Of a stretch of 64,000 nucleotides of DNA, positions 49,881 to 60,279 are shown in pieces. Within the stretch, counting starts at the first letter, position 1, and every line of letters starts with the position of its first letter. The translations under genes were made by a program, and so were the position numbers. This DNA is from an uncultured Paraglaciecola sp. (GTDB taxonomy: Bacteria > Pseudomonadota > Gammaproteobacteria > Enterobacterales > Alteromonadaceae), in the NCBI RefSeq assembly GCF_913020055.1, contig NZ_CAJWCF010000006.1, positions 8,273 to 72,272 of the forward strand. The letters are read 5' to 3'. The notes beneath the pieces were generated by a model that saw only the letters and a program-made list of their open reading frames with translations, ran no database searches and had not been told where the DNA came from.

Positions 49881-51430
49881 AATCCGTTAACAATGGCTCG
49901 TAAAGGTTGTAATAAATCTGAGGCAATCATACCACGTTGACCATATTGTATGGCAACTCTGTCTCCCGCTTCGGCATGCGCACATACGCCATAGACTGCC
50001 GCTTTTTGTGAGGTAAAGCCTTGGGCTAAAAAGGCACCGATAACGCCGGTTAATAAATCGCCCATTCCAGCCGTTGCCATACCAGGATTCCCACCTTCAC
50101 ATACCCAAGGTACAGAGGCTTCGTGTAAATCTGCCGATTGAATGATACTGCCAGCCCCTTTTAATACACAGGCAGACTGATATTTTTGCGAGATATTTTT
50201 AGTGGCCAAATATCTATCGCTTTCAATTTTACTGATGTCACAGTTTAATAATCGGCTTGCTTCACCAGGATGAGGGGTAAAGACCAGTGCCGGTAAGTTG
50301 GCAAGGGTATCTCGAACAGCAACATCATCGGCCATCACTGCAAGTATATTTAGTCCGTCAGCATCTATGACCAATGGTTTAGGGCTGTGTTTTAAGTGTG
50401 CCAATAAACGTGAAAATTGCTGTTGTGACCAATCATCTTGGCCTAATCCAGGTCCCACAACTATGCAACTACACCAACTTAATGCAGCATCAATATCTTT
50501 ATTAGCAAGCATGATTTCTGGGCGACCAGCAGAGATCGACAAGTTACTAGACTCATGACAATAGACCTTTACCAAGCCTACTCCACAACGCAAGGCTGAT
50601 TCCGCGCTGAGTCTAATTGCACCGGCCATACCTTGGTTGCCACCTATGCATAATAACTTGCCAAACGTACCTTTATTGCCGTGTTTTGGTCTTGGCTGCA
50701 ATGGTTGTAACATCGACCAGTTGACTAACTGCACTTCACCTTGCGCTATGCTAAAAAATTCATTGCCCACAACCAAATCCGCATAACAAAGTTTGCCACA
50801 AAATTCTTTACCAATGCCAGTAACCAATCCCGGCTTGATAGCAACAAAAGTGACTGTTACATCGGCTTTAACAGCAATTGGTAATGGTTGCCCTGTGTTA
50901 GCTTGCATGCCAGAGGGTAAATCTATGCTCAATACCGGAATGCCTGTTTGATTGATTTTTTGGATGACTTCTTGAAAGGTTTGACTGACTTCGCCGGTTA
51001 CGCCCGTGCCCAGCAGTGCATCTACTAACACGTCAAACTGTGCATAATCCAACTCAGAAAACGCCAGTGTTTCACCAGCTACTTCTTGCCATTTAGATTG
51101 TGCTTGTTTGGCATCGCCATTTAACTCTCTTGTTGGCTGCTGACACGTTACCGAAACATCTAAACCATGCTGCTTTGCCAGCTTAGCTAACACATAACCA
51201 TCACCGGCATTATTACCGTTGCCAGCCACTACTAGTACTTTCTGAGCTTTTGGCCATTCTTGTAGTAAGATTTTGAATGCAGCTTTGCCCGCTCTTTGCA
51301 TTAATTCAAACATACTGCACTTAGCTAATAACGCAGCCTCAGGTTCAATCGATCTGACTTGCTCTGAACTGACAATTTTATGTGCTAGACTCGCAGCCGC
51401 TTGCTCGGTTAACAGGTTTGTCGATGTCAT
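49877..51430 (-). CDS. nnr: Bifunctional NAD(P)HX epimerase/dehydratase
   Basis: [24 protein letters not shown]-like [34 protein letters not shown]. Confidence 0.95.
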   Translation of the reverse strand: MTSTNLLTEQAAASLAHKIVSSEQVRSIEPEAALLAKCSMFELMQRAGKAAFKILLQEWPKAQKVLVVAGNGNNAGDGYVLAKLAKQHGLDVSVTCQQPTRELNGDAKQAQSKWQEVAGETLAFSELDYAQFDVLVDALLGTGVTGEVSQTFQEVIQKINQTGIPVLSIDLPSGMQANTGQPLPIAVKADVTVTFVAIKPGLVTGIGKEFCGKLCYADLVVGNEFFSIAQGEVQLVNWSMLQPLQPRPKHGNKGTFGKLLCIGGNQGMAGAIRLSAESALRCGVGLVKVYCHESSNLSISAGRPEIMLANKDIDAALSWCSCIVVGPGLGQDDWSQQQFSRLLAHLKHSPKPLVIDADGLNILAVMADDVAVRDTLANLPALVFTPHPGEASRLLNCDISKIESDRYLATKNISQKYQSACVLKGAGSIIQSADLHEASVPWVCEGGNPGMATAGMGDLLTGVIGAFLAQGFTSQKAAVYGVCAHAEAGDRVAIQYGQRGMIASDLLQPLRAIVNGL

Positions 51431-52569
51431 TACTTAACACTTCTGAATTGTTGTCTTTAGCTGAAAATATCAAGGCTTGGGGGAAAGTGCTAGGTTTTCA
51501 ACAAGTCGGCATATGCGATGTTGATTTGCATCAACATGAAGCTCATCTGCAATCTTGGCTTGAAAAAGGCTATGCAGGAGAGATGAACTACATGGCAGAG
51601 CACGGTATGAAAAGGGCTAGACCATCAGAGTTGCTGCCCGGCACTATGCGAGTCATAAGTGTCAGAATGGATTATTTGCCCCCCGATGCTAAATTTGCCG
51701 AAACATTAAAAAATAAACAGCAAGCTTATATCAGCCGTTATGCACTTGGCCGCGATTATCATAAATTGTTACGTGCTCGTTTGAAAAAGCTTGGTGAAAA
51801 AATAAAGACTGAATGTGCAGAATTAAATTTCAGACCTTTTGTTGATTCAGCACCTGTACTCGAACATGCCATTGCCGAAAAAGCGGGCATTGGATGGACA
51901 GGTAAGCATTCACTTACTATCAATAAAGAAGCTGGTTCTTGGTTCTTTTTAGGGGAGTTGTTTGTCGATATCCCCTTACCAGTAGACAAGGCCGTAGTCG
52001 AAAATTGTGGTAGTTGTACCGCTTGTTTAACGATTTGTCCCACTCAAGCAATTGTTGAGCCCTATGTGGTGGACGCAAGACGTTGTATTTCCTACCTTAC
52101 CATTGAACAAAAAGGCGCTATCCCGGAGCAATACCGAGCTTTGATTGGCAATCGTGTTTACGGTTGTGATGACTGCCAACTTATTTGTCCGTGGAATCGC
52201 TTTGCAAATATTACAGATGAAGCGGATTTTCACCCTAGGCAAAAACTAATGAGCAAAGAGTTGATTGAATTGTTTGCATGGGATGAACAGACTTTTCTAA
52301 AAAACACAGAAGGTTCGGCGATTAGGCGCATTGGTTTTGAGCGTTGGCAACGCAATTTAGCTGTGGGCTTAGGTAATGCAGCGTTTTCAAATGAGATTGT
52401 TAGCACTTTGCGTGCGGCCTTGAGTCATTCGACAGATTTAGTCAAAGAACATATTCAATGGGCGTTGCTGCAACATGAAAGCAAAGCGACGCAGAATCAA
52501 AAAACTGACAGTCGACTAACCCAAAGGTTAGTGCGCAGCATCGAAAAAGGTTTAGTTAGGGATGCGTAA
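51424..52569 (+). CDS. queG: tRNA epoxyqueuosine(34) reductase
   Basis: SRYALGRDYH, FVDSAPV, GSWFFLGE, CGSCTACLTICPT, CISYLTIE, YGCDDCQLICPWN. Confidence 0.96.
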   Translation: MSLLNTSELLSLAENIKAWGKVLGFQQVGICDVDLHQHEAHLQSWLEKGYAGEMNYMAEHGMKRARPSELLPGTMRVISVRMDYLPPDAKFAETLKNKQQAYISRYALGRDYHKLLRARLKKLGEKIKTECAELNFRPFVDSAPVLEHAIAEKAGIGWTGKHSLTINKEAGSWFFLGELFVDIPLPVDKAVVENCGSCTACLTICPTQAIVEPYVVDARRCISYLTIEQKGAIPEQYRALIGNRVYGCDDCQLICPWNRFANITDEADFHPRQKLMSKELIELFAWDEQTFLKNTEGSAIRRIGFERWQRNLAVGLGNAAFSNEIVSTLRAALSHSTDLVKEHIQWALLQHESKATQNQKTDSRLTQRLVRSIEKGLVRDA

Positions 52570-52608
52570 TCAGAAATACTCTAAGTGCGTCGTTCCATTC
52601 AATTGCTT

Positions 52609-52986
52609 TTAAACGTAATTTTTTACAATTCTGCACACCGAACCATTATCCCTAGAAAGTAATATATTTGATTCAATATCATCAGCAGGGTACCCATATA
52701 AACCAAATTGATTACCGCGACTATGAGTGATGATTAAGGCAAAGTTTGGCTGGAAATTAATGTCACCTCGAAATGGATCTAATATGGGGATTTGGAATCT
52801 GCCGAAATGCAAAAGGCCTATTTTTCTATTATTTCGAAACACAGTTTTATCAAATAGCGGTTTTTCAATAATGGCATAAACAGCAAATTTAGGGATTTGC
52901 ACTGGCACACTTTGCCAAACCATTTGAACTATCTGTAGTTCCTCGGCCAGTGAAGATATTGACTTGGGCAAATCGAATGTTTTCAT
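52609..52986 (-). CDS. Small CheW-like domain protein
   Basis: 125 aa; IGLLHFGRFQIPILD resembles the CheW/ChpC (LG...W...IP.ID) pattern; divergent. Confidence 0.55.
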   Translation of the reverse strand: MKTFDLPKSISSLAEELQIVQMVWQSVPVQIPKFAVYAIIEKPLFDKTVFRNNRKIGLLHFGRFQIPILDPFRGDINFQPNFALIITHSRGNQFGLYGYPADDIESNILLSRDNGSVCRIVKNYV

Positions 52987-53049
52987 TATTTCCCCTGAGT
53001 TTATTTTTAAAACTACTCCTCAAAATATAGAAGGTAAGTGCAAAAGTAG

Positions 53050-53763
53050 TTAAAAATTAAGGTAATAATCTTTGCAGAGCACAATATACTCTTTGGAATA
53101 GCTACCCAAATGGTTATAAATACTCATTTTTTCGCTATTCTTGGTGTCTTTGATAGGGCTAAATTCTAATAAAAATCGGCTCACATTGGCTTGTTGTTTG
53201 GTCTGCACTTGCAGTTCACGGGTGCAAAATAGTCCTACTGATTCAGCGCTCAATAGGAATTCCTTCACTACGTCTGCGGGTAATACACAACAAAAAGTGC
53301 CGCTAGCGGAGAGTGATTTTGCTACTTCTTGTAAAAGTGTTGAGTGATCTAATTCCACCGTTTGCCGTGCGTTTAGTCGATTTGGTATGGAGTGAATTTT
53401 GTTGGCGCTGAGATTAACCGGAAAATAAGGTGGATTACTGACTATTAGGTCATAACCAGTTTCCACAGAAAAAAGTTGAATACTTGTATGTTGAAATGTC
53501 AGTCGATCTGACCACGGGCAATTTTTAGCATTACCTTCAGCTTGCAAGATAGCCTCAGCATCGATATCTATGCCGTCAATTAAACAAGTGTCTTGGGTTT
53601 TTTGCGCCAACATAATGCCTAACAAACCACTACCGGTACCGATATCTAAAATACGCTGTGCGTTGTTAGTTTGTACCCAGCTTCCTAACATAATGCTGTC
53701 AGTGCCTACTTTCATTGCGCATTTATCATGCTCAATAGTAAACTGTTTAAACTTAAATCCCAT
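53050..53763 (-). CDS. trmN6: tRNA1(Val) (adenine(37)-N6)-methyltransferase (YfiC/TrmN6)
   Basis: FKFKQF, AMKVGTDSIMLGSW, LDIGTGSG, IVSNPPYF. Confidence 0.9.
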   Translation of the reverse strand: MGFKFKQFTIEHDKCAMKVGTDSIMLGSWVQTNNAQRILDIGTGSGLLGIMLAQKTQDTCLIDGIDIDAEAILQAEGNAKNCPWSDRLTFQHTSIQLFSVETGYDLIVSNPPYFPVNLSANKIHSIPNRLNARQTVELDHSTLLQEVAKSLSASGTFCCVLPADVVKEFLLSAESVGLFCTRELQVQTKQQANVSRFLLEFSPIKDTKNSEKMSIYNHLGSYSKEYIVLCKDYYLNF

Positions 53764-53764
53764 T

Positions 53765-54388
53765 TTAGAATACTTGTAGACTGATCATTTTAGCTGCCAC
53801 ATCAGCGGCCTGAACGGGCTTATATTTGGCTAGATTTCCAATCAGCAGTGGTGACAAAAAAGGGCTAAACAGGCTTGCAAGTTTCTCGGCAGGGCGTATT
53901 TCTTCTCTCTCGCCTAATAACAAAGATGGCCTAACAGCACTTGCATTATCTAACCCCGGCATATTAACAATGGCATTTTCTAATTCACCCTTGACCCGCA
54001 AGTAAAAATTGTTACTTTTAGCATTAGCTCCCACTGAAGAAATCCATACAAAACTAATCGCGTGCTGGGCTTTAGCAAGTTGAGCTGCCACATGTACATA
54101 CTCAAAATCAATTTTTCGAAATGCTTGTTTGCTACCTGCTTTTTTGATAGTAGTACCTAAACATACGTAGACGTGATCGCAGGTAAAGTAACCTTGATAG
54201 TCTTGCAAATTTTCAAAATCAACAACAATGGGCTGCACTTTAGTTGATGTTGTTTTGAAAAAATCTTTTGGCAGTGGTTTACGTAACAAACAAGTCACTG
54301 TTTGATATCTATTATCTTGGCAAAGCTGCTCGACTAATGATTTACCCACTAGCCCAGTAGCCCCTAAAACTAAAGCCGTTTTCAACAT
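53765..54388 (-). CDS. Atypical short-chain NAD(P)-binding protein (YraR/TIP30-like)
   Basis: GATGLVG, CLGTTIKKAGS, YLRVKGELE, RPSLLLGER. Confidence 0.87.
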   Translation of the reverse strand: MLKTALVLGATGLVGKSLVEQLCQDNRYQTVTCLLRKPLPKDFFKTTSTKVQPIVVDFENLQDYQGYFTCDHVYVCLGTTIKKAGSKQAFRKIDFEYVHVAAQLAKAQHAISFVWISSVGANAKSNNFYLRVKGELENAIVNMPGLDNASAVRPSLLLGEREEIRPAEKLASLFSPFLSPLLIGNLAKYKPVQAADVAAKMISLQVF

Positions 54389-54516
54389 CTATTACCTGCA
54401 ATTTTAGCTGTAGGTAAAAATCCTACAATACGCTTAAAAGGGAGAGCCCTAAAAATAATGACGCAGCTTACCCTATTTATCCCGAACTCAGGTTATTTAA
54501 CCTCAACGTATCCCAA

Positions 54517-54891
54517 TCACGCAAACATGTGGGTTGCTAATGTTTTTTGAATGCCAACCACGGTGTCTTTGTTTAGTTCTTTTTCGATTGGGTTATCTTG
54601 CCCGGAAATCCAAATTTTTAGTTCTGCATCTAAATCAAAGTGCCCAGCCGTTTCGATTTTAAATTGGGTAATGGCGCTGTAAGGAATCGAATGATAATCG
54701 ACTTTACGGCCAGTCAAACCTTGCTTGTCAATTAAAATTAACCGTTTGTTAGTGAATACATACATATCCCGTACTACTTTAAAGACCTGCTGAATACTTT
54801 CGGTTTCTCCAATAATTGGCGCTAATTCCTCTGCTACTTCACTGATATCAATTTCAGACGCGTTGCCGAGTAATGCATCAAGTAATCCCAT
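54517..54891 (-). CDS. Bacterial PH-domain protein (YvbH-like)
   Basis: MGLLDALLGN, RDMYVFTNKRLILIDKQG, ETAGHFDLDAEL. Confidence 0.88.
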   Translation of the reverse strand: MGLLDALLGNASEIDISEVAEELAPIIGETESIQQVFKVVRDMYVFTNKRLILIDKQGLTGRKVDYHSIPYSAITQFKIETAGHFDLDAELKIWISGQDNPIEKELNKDTVVGIQKTLATHMFA

Positions 54892-55006
54892 TTTTACTTC
54901 CTTTAAATATTTAATCAGCAATCAGCATAATTGTTGATGCGAAAATAGCAACTACAGGCTACCATTTCGCTTCTTCGAACATTCTGATGATGGTAATTAC
55001 AAATTT

Positions 55007-56002
55007 ATGTCCAGTGTGACTTTTGCCGATGTGCAAGCTGCTAAAAAACGTATCAGTTCTTATATCAATAAAACCCCAGTGCTGGAATCTCAATTATTAA
55101 ATGATTGGTTAGGGCATAAGGTCATGTTTAAAGCGGAATGTTTTCAAAGAACAGGTGCGTTTAAACTTCGTGGTGCTCTGAACATGATGTTAAAGGCTCG
55201 AGAAGATGGGCGTCTCGGCACACAAGTGGTTGCCAGCAGCTCAGGTAACCATGCTCAAGCGGTGGCGTATGCGGCCAAGATTTTAGATGTAAAAGCGACC
55301 ATCTTTAGTGCACAAAATGTGTCTAAAGTGAAAGCAGCCGCTACACAATACTATGGTGCCACACTCGATTTAAGTGCGACCCGTAAAGAAGCTGACGAAA
55401 AGGTTGCAGAGGCCGCAAAACAACAGGGGGTTTTATGGATGCCGCCATTTAACCATGACGATATAATTGCCGGGCAGGGCACCGCTACTCTCGAAGCGCT
55501 TGAGCAAACAGGCGAGGTAAACAGTGTATTTGCACCTGTTGGTGGTGGTGGGTTGGTCTCGGGGGCTCAGGTTAGCACTAGAGCTATATACCCAAAGGCA
55601 AGTGTTATTGGGGTTGAACCTTTAATAGCGAATGATGCTGCAGAGTCGATACGTACCGGTGTTATCCAGTCTTTGTCAGAGCAATCTAATACCCTGGCTG
55701 ATGGTGCCGCGACCTTACAAGTGGGCGAAAAAACCTTTCCTCATCTACAAACTTTAAACGGTTTTTATGAGGTGGATGAAACAAAAATTGCTTACTGGAC
55801 TCAGTGGTTACAACACTTGCTTAAGGTCCATGTTGAACCTACTTGTGCAATGTGTATGGGGGCTGTAGTTGAATGGCTTAAATCGCAGAGTAGTGAACAA
55901 AAAGTCCTAGTGATCTTGTCTGGCGGTAATATAGACCAACAAAAAATGCTTAAAATATGGCAAGATGACCATTTGCAAAAAGTACCTAGTTTATTGATTT
56001 AA
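55007..56002 (+). CDS. PLP-dependent serine/threonine dehydratase (serine racemase-like, no regulatory domain)
   Basis: KAECFQRTGAFKLRGA, SSGNHAQA, PVGGGGL, ILSGGNID. Confidence 0.9.
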   Translation: MSSVTFADVQAAKKRISSYINKTPVLESQLLNDWLGHKVMFKAECFQRTGAFKLRGALNMMLKAREDGRLGTQVVASSSGNHAQAVAYAAKILDVKATIFSAQNVSKVKAAATQYYGATLDLSATRKEADEKVAEAAKQQGVLWMPPFNHDDIIAGQGTATLEALEQTGEVNSVFAPVGGGGLVSGAQVSTRAIYPKASVIGVEPLIANDAAESIRTGVIQSLSEQSNTLADGAATLQVGEKTFPHLQTLNGFYEVDETKIAYWTQWLQHLLKVHVEPTCAMCMGAVVEWLKSQSSEQKVLVILSGGNIDQQKMLKIWQDDHLQKVPSLLI

Positions 56003-56058
56003 CAGCTAAAACCTGATTTAGTGTGGGTATTGTTATAGTGAGTATTTGACAACACGTT

Positions 56059-56460
56059 TTGAGAGGAACCAATACATTGCGGATTTTTTTAACAAGCATC
56101 ATATTAAGCCTATTGGCGTTAATTCCGCACCCAAGTATTGCCCAAGAAAAGGTCTTCACCCAAGCATCTTGTACTATTGTGTATTCTCTAAAACGTTCAG
56201 CCGATAAGTATTTTAATGACGAAATTGTTCAGTTAGGAAGACAAATTAATAAACACAATATCCAGTTTATAGATTTAAATCACTGGGGTAAAACGTCACC
56301 CCACGTTGAAGTGAGTGGTCGATTTCGTAATCAATTGCGCCAGCAATATGATTTGAATAAAAGTATTAATCAAGCCATTGTTGTGGACCGAAGCGGAAAG
56401 CTAACCCATCGTTATACTGGCTCCGTGACCTTAGTCAACCTGTTGTTAGATTGCAGTTAG
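56059..56460 (+). CDS. Small exported protein, DUF4174-like
   Basis: Signal peptide ending SIA; LRQQYDL...AIVVDRSGKLTHRY...VTLVNLL resembles the DUF4174 C-terminal pattern. Confidence 0.5.
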   Translation: MRGTNTLRIFLTSIILSLLALIPHPSIAQEKVFTQASCTIVYSLKRSADKYFNDEIVQLGRQINKHNIQFIDLNHWGKTSPHVEVSGRFRNQLRQQYDLNKSINQAIVVDRSGKLTHRYTGSVTLVNLLLDCS

Positions 56461-56505
56461 CCCAAATAAATAAACAACTATAACGTCTCACTTCTTGTTA
56501 TTTGG

Positions 56506-56545
56506 TTTACACAACATTTACACCCTACAAACGGAAGTTTAGAGT
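56506..56545 (+). promoter_or_regulatory. Sigma70-like promoter with an 11-bp-period direct repeat over the -35
   Basis: TTTACAC-AACA-TTTACAC (56506-56523); TTTACA(-35, 56517-56522)-N17-TAGAGT(-10, 56540-56545). Confidence 0.5.
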
Positions 56546-56593
56546 TAACTGTGCTGTAATTGCTTTATTAAACTCTACAAGCAAAATTAAGCC

Positions 56594-57979
56594 ATGTCGT
56601 TCTCAAATAATGCAGTTACTCGCTCGCTCAATTTTAGTTATTTACTTATCCCTCTCTCTTTTGTGTTAATGGCATGTGGTGGTTCATCTAGTTCAACCCC
56701 AACTCCAGTCTCTGTTACGCCCACACCCACTAATACAATACCATTGGCAAATGCTGGACTAGATCAAAGCGTATCTGTAGGCACAACAGTGACGTTGGAC
56801 GGCTCATTAAGTTCTGATGCTGACGGCGATGCACTGGGTTATAACTGGGTCTTAACTGGCGTACCAGTTGGCAGTAATGCCATTTTGCAAAATCAAACAG
56901 ACAGTCAACCCATGTTTATGGTTGATATTGCGGGTAATTATACTGTTTCACTTATGGTTAATGATGGCACTGCTACTAGTGCAGAGGATGATGTGCTCAT
57001 AGTCGCAAGTAACACTAATGTGGATATCACTAACGTGAATTTTTCTAATCAACAAGGCAGCTGCGATGCTTATGTTGGCAATTACACTTCTAATGTGACT
57101 GATGTGTCGCGTAATATAAATTTTATTGGCGATATTGAAATCAGTTTGTCTGGAGAAACATGCGTCATTTCATCTAACGATATACCCAATCACGACTTTA
57201 ATGATCAGGGAACTTCTTTCGTGAATAACGTTAGTGAACAAAATAATACCTATGTTCTTTCTGCTTCACCGCAGTTTGCATCTAACTCAGCGCCGGTAAG
57301 CCTTAATGTGACCAATGCAGTGTTTCTAAATGGCGCGATAGTCGATTTGCTTGCCGCTGCTTGTTATGACGTGGGTAACCAGTCACTTGGTAATGAAAAA
57401 ATAGGCTGTGGGCAAGACCAGATAAATAATCCTTGGCGTTACGACCCCATGTCCCCTCTTAATACCTTTTCTACCGATAGTCATAATGCTCATGCTCAAC
57501 CAGATGGTACTTATCATTATCACGGTAATCCCATGGCCATGTTTGAACAAAATTGTGAGTCACAAGGTGTCGCTTCGCCTGTCATTGGTTTTGCGGCGGA
57601 TGGTTTTCCGATATATGGCAGTTGCTTTACTGATCTCGTGTCTAACTCTGTCAAAAAGGCCCAAAGCAGTTTTGTGCTAAAAAATGATGGTGGTGTGCGA
57701 GTTGATGCTGATGGATACACAACTCCTGTGGCCGGCCAAGGTGTGGTTGTTAGCAATCTTTATGATGGACAGTTCACTGGTGATTTCGAATACGTTGCTG
57801 GTAGTGGTGATTTAGATGCATGTAATGGCATGACTATAAACGGGCAATACGGTTATTACGTCACAGATAGTTATCCTTGGATTTTAGCTTGTTACAAAGG
57901 TGAGGTGGATGACTCATTTATTAAAACAGCTGCGGCTTTAGAAAATCGCTCGCACGGCCATAGCCACCTACTCAAATAA
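56594..57979 (+). CDS. YHYH-domain lipoprotein with a PKD/Ig-like domain
   Basis: Lipobox LMAC, GGSSSS/PT linker, PLANAGLDQ...LDGSLSSDADGD, HNAHAQPDGTYHYHG, IGFAADGFPIYG, DLDACNG, YGYYVT, C-terminal SHGHSH. Confidence 0.87.
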   Translation: MSFSNNAVTRSLNFSYLLIPLSFVLMACGGSSSSTPTPVSVTPTPTNTIPLANAGLDQSVSVGTTVTLDGSLSSDADGDALGYNWVLTGVPVGSNAILQNQTDSQPMFMVDIAGNYTVSLMVNDGTATSAEDDVLIVASNTNVDITNVNFSNQQGSCDAYVGNYTSNVTDVSRNINFIGDIEISLSGETCVISSNDIPNHDFNDQGTSFVNNVSEQNNTYVLSASPQFASNSAPVSLNVTNAVFLNGAIVDLLAAACYDVGNQSLGNEKIGCGQDQINNPWRYDPMSPLNTFSTDSHNAHAQPDGTYHYHGNPMAMFEQNCESQGVASPVIGFAADGFPIYGSCFTDLVSNSVKKAQSSFVLKNDGGVRVDADGYTTPVAGQGVVVSNLYDGQFTGDFEYVAGSGDLDACNGMTINGQYGYYVTDSYPWILACYKGEVDDSFIKTAAALENRSHGHSHLLK

Positions 57980-58106
57980 CATTTGTTTGGCCCAGTGAGC
58001 AGTAGATAAAGCTGTGTGGATTATTCTAAGCTACTGTTCATAAAGCTTTAGTTGCATCAAGGGTAAATCTAAGGCAAGTTAAATCAAATAATTTAAGGAA
58101 CTGCCC

Positions 58107-59756
58107 ATGCAACGTCTATTTATTTTTGGACTACTTTTTTTCAGTACACTGATGTTGGCGGCTCCGAGCCATATTCATAACGTTAATGGTTATACATTGG
58201 ATGATTCGGGTGAGCTCGTTCGTTTCTCAAACATGGTGTTTGATGGCGGTAAGGTGCTGGCTATTGGCGGCATGGAACTGAATAAACGTTTCCCTAATGC
58301 AATGCAAATTGATGGCCAAAACAAAGTTTTGTTACCTGGGCTGATTGATGCTCACGGACATGTCATGGGACTTGGCGAAGGTTTATTACAAGTAGATTTA
58401 CGCGAGAGTCAATCCGCTTTAGATGCAGCCAAAACTGTGCAGGCTTATGCTAAGACTCAGCAAGAGCTAGCTTGGATTACTGGCAGAGGCTGGAATCAAG
58501 TGCTTTGGCCAGGGAAAGCGTTTCCTACCGCTAGTTTGTTAGATGAATATGTCAAAAATAAACCAGTTATGTTGTCGCGAGTAGATGGCCATGCCAGTTG
58601 GGTCAATAGTAAAGCTCTTGAAATAGCCGGTATCACCAAAGATACACTTGATCCCCCAGGTGGAAAAATTGTCCGTGATAAGCAAGGTAACCCTACAGGT
58701 ATCCTGATTGATAATGCCGAAAGTTTACTATATGAGCATTTACCTAAAACGTCTGATGCCACCTTAGCCGCGCAATTAAATTCAGCAGGCAAAAAATTGC
58801 TTTCTGAAGGTATAACCAGTGTGCATGACGCTGGTATAGGTAAAGTGGTATACGACTACTACCAAAAACGTGTGGCGCAGCACTCACTACCGGTGCGTAT
58901 CTATCCAATGATTGCTGCGACATCACCCATCTTGAAGCAACTATTAGAAACAGGCCATGTGCAAGACCAATATGATTGGCTCGCCATCAGAAGTGTCAAA
59001 GCTTACGGTGACGGAGCTTTAGGTAGCCGCGGTGCAGCCTTATTAAAACCTTACTCTGACGCCCCAGATAACCATGGATTATTGGTTACAAGAGAAGCTG
59101 ACTTAAAACCACTTTTTGACTTGGTTTTGGGGAGTGGTTTTCAACTTAACTTTCATGCGATTGGAGATAGAGCCAATCGTTTAGCGTTAGATCAGTTTGC
59201 TGACACTTTTAAGCGAATTGGTGGTAAGTCACTACGCAATCGTGTTGAACATGCTCAAGTGATAAATGTTAACGATATTCCACGTTTCAAAACATTAAAT
59301 ATCATTCCTGCGATGCAGCCAACCCATGCTACTAGCGACATGAATATGGCAGAAGACAGAGTGGGAGCAGAAAGGTTAAAAGGCGCTTACGCCTGGCAGA
59401 CGTTCTTAAAACAAGGTTCTCCTGTGGCGTTTGGTTCTGATTTTCCGGTAGAACTCTCTAATCCATTTTTTGGTTTACATGCTGCAGTAACAAGACAAAA
59501 TCGCAATAATTCACCTAACAAAGGTTGGATACCGAGCGAAGCGGTAACAGTCAAACAAGCCTTCCGTGGTTTTACTTTGGATGCAGCTTACGCAGCTCAT
59601 CAAGAAAATATATTAGGTGGACTAACCGAAGGGAAGTGGGCCGATTTTATTTTGATAGACCAAGATATCTTTACGATCGCGCCACAAGATATTTGGAAAA
59701 CCCAAGTGTTAGAAACATGGATTGCAGGTGAAAGACGTTTTACAAAAACGCCTTAG
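58107..59756 (+). CDS. Amidohydrolase_3 / YtcJ-like metal-dependent hydrolase with signal peptide
   Basis: PGLIDAHGH, RVDGHASW, DGALGSRGA, HAIGDRA, RVEHAQ, GSDFPV, ADFILID. Confidence 0.9.
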   Translation: MQRLFIFGLLFFSTLMLAAPSHIHNVNGYTLDDSGELVRFSNMVFDGGKVLAIGGMELNKRFPNAMQIDGQNKVLLPGLIDAHGHVMGLGEGLLQVDLRESQSALDAAKTVQAYAKTQQELAWITGRGWNQVLWPGKAFPTASLLDEYVKNKPVMLSRVDGHASWVNSKALEIAGITKDTLDPPGGKIVRDKQGNPTGILIDNAESLLYEHLPKTSDATLAAQLNSAGKKLLSEGITSVHDAGIGKVVYDYYQKRVAQHSLPVRIYPMIAATSPILKQLLETGHVQDQYDWLAIRSVKAYGDGALGSRGAALLKPYSDAPDNHGLLVTREADLKPLFDLVLGSGFQLNFHAIGDRANRLALDQFADTFKRIGGKSLRNRVEHAQVINVNDIPRFKTLNIIPAMQPTHATSDMNMAEDRVGAERLKGAYAWQTFLKQGSPVAFGSDFPVELSNPFFGLHAAVTRQNRNNSPNKGWIPSEAVTVKQAFRGFTLDAAYAAHQENILGGLTEGKWADFILIDQDIFTIAPQDIWKTQVLETWIAGERRFTKTP

Positions 59757-59791
59757 GTTAATTTTTTGAGTTAGAGGTCATAGGGTTTTAG

Positions 59792-60268
59792 CTAGAGGAT
59801 ATTTGCCTTTCTCATGTAAACACAATTTTGCATATTGCCAGGGAAGGGCTGTTCTGGATACTCTGTTTCAACAAAGCCCAATGATTGATAGCAGTTATAG
59901 GCAACAAGATTATGTTTAAATACAAATAAAGAGGCTCCTTTGGCAGGTTGTTCTAAGTGTGCTTTTTCTAGTATTTTTGTAATTAATATTTTTACCAACC
60001 CTTGACCACGATTATTTGGGTTAACGGCCAGTCGTCCAAGGTGATGATGATCTAACCGTTCATAGTATTGTCCAAAAGCTACAACTTGTTGTTCTTCGTT
60101 TAGTAGACAAAATGATGTGAAATGATCCGCTGTTAACAGATTAAGAAATTTATCATCCGACATGGGGTAGGTCATATTTGGACCTCCCCATGTGAACATT
60201 TGTTGATGATCGCTAAACCAAGTTTTTACCTGCAAATACTGTTGTTCTGTAGGACAAATTAATGTCAT
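59792..60268 (-). CDS. GNAT family N-acetyltransferase
   Basis: HLGRLAVNPNNRGQGL, NLVAYNCYQSLGF. Confidence 0.88.
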   Translation of the reverse strand: MTLICPTEQQYLQVKTWFSDHQQMFTWGGPNMTYPMSDDKFLNLLTADHFTSFCLLNEEQQVVAFGQYYERLDHHHLGRLAVNPNNRGQGLVKILITKILEKAHLEQPAKGASLFVFKHNLVAYNCYQSLGFVETEYPEQPFPGNMQNCVYMRKANIL

Positions 60269-60279
60269 TGGATTAGCCT

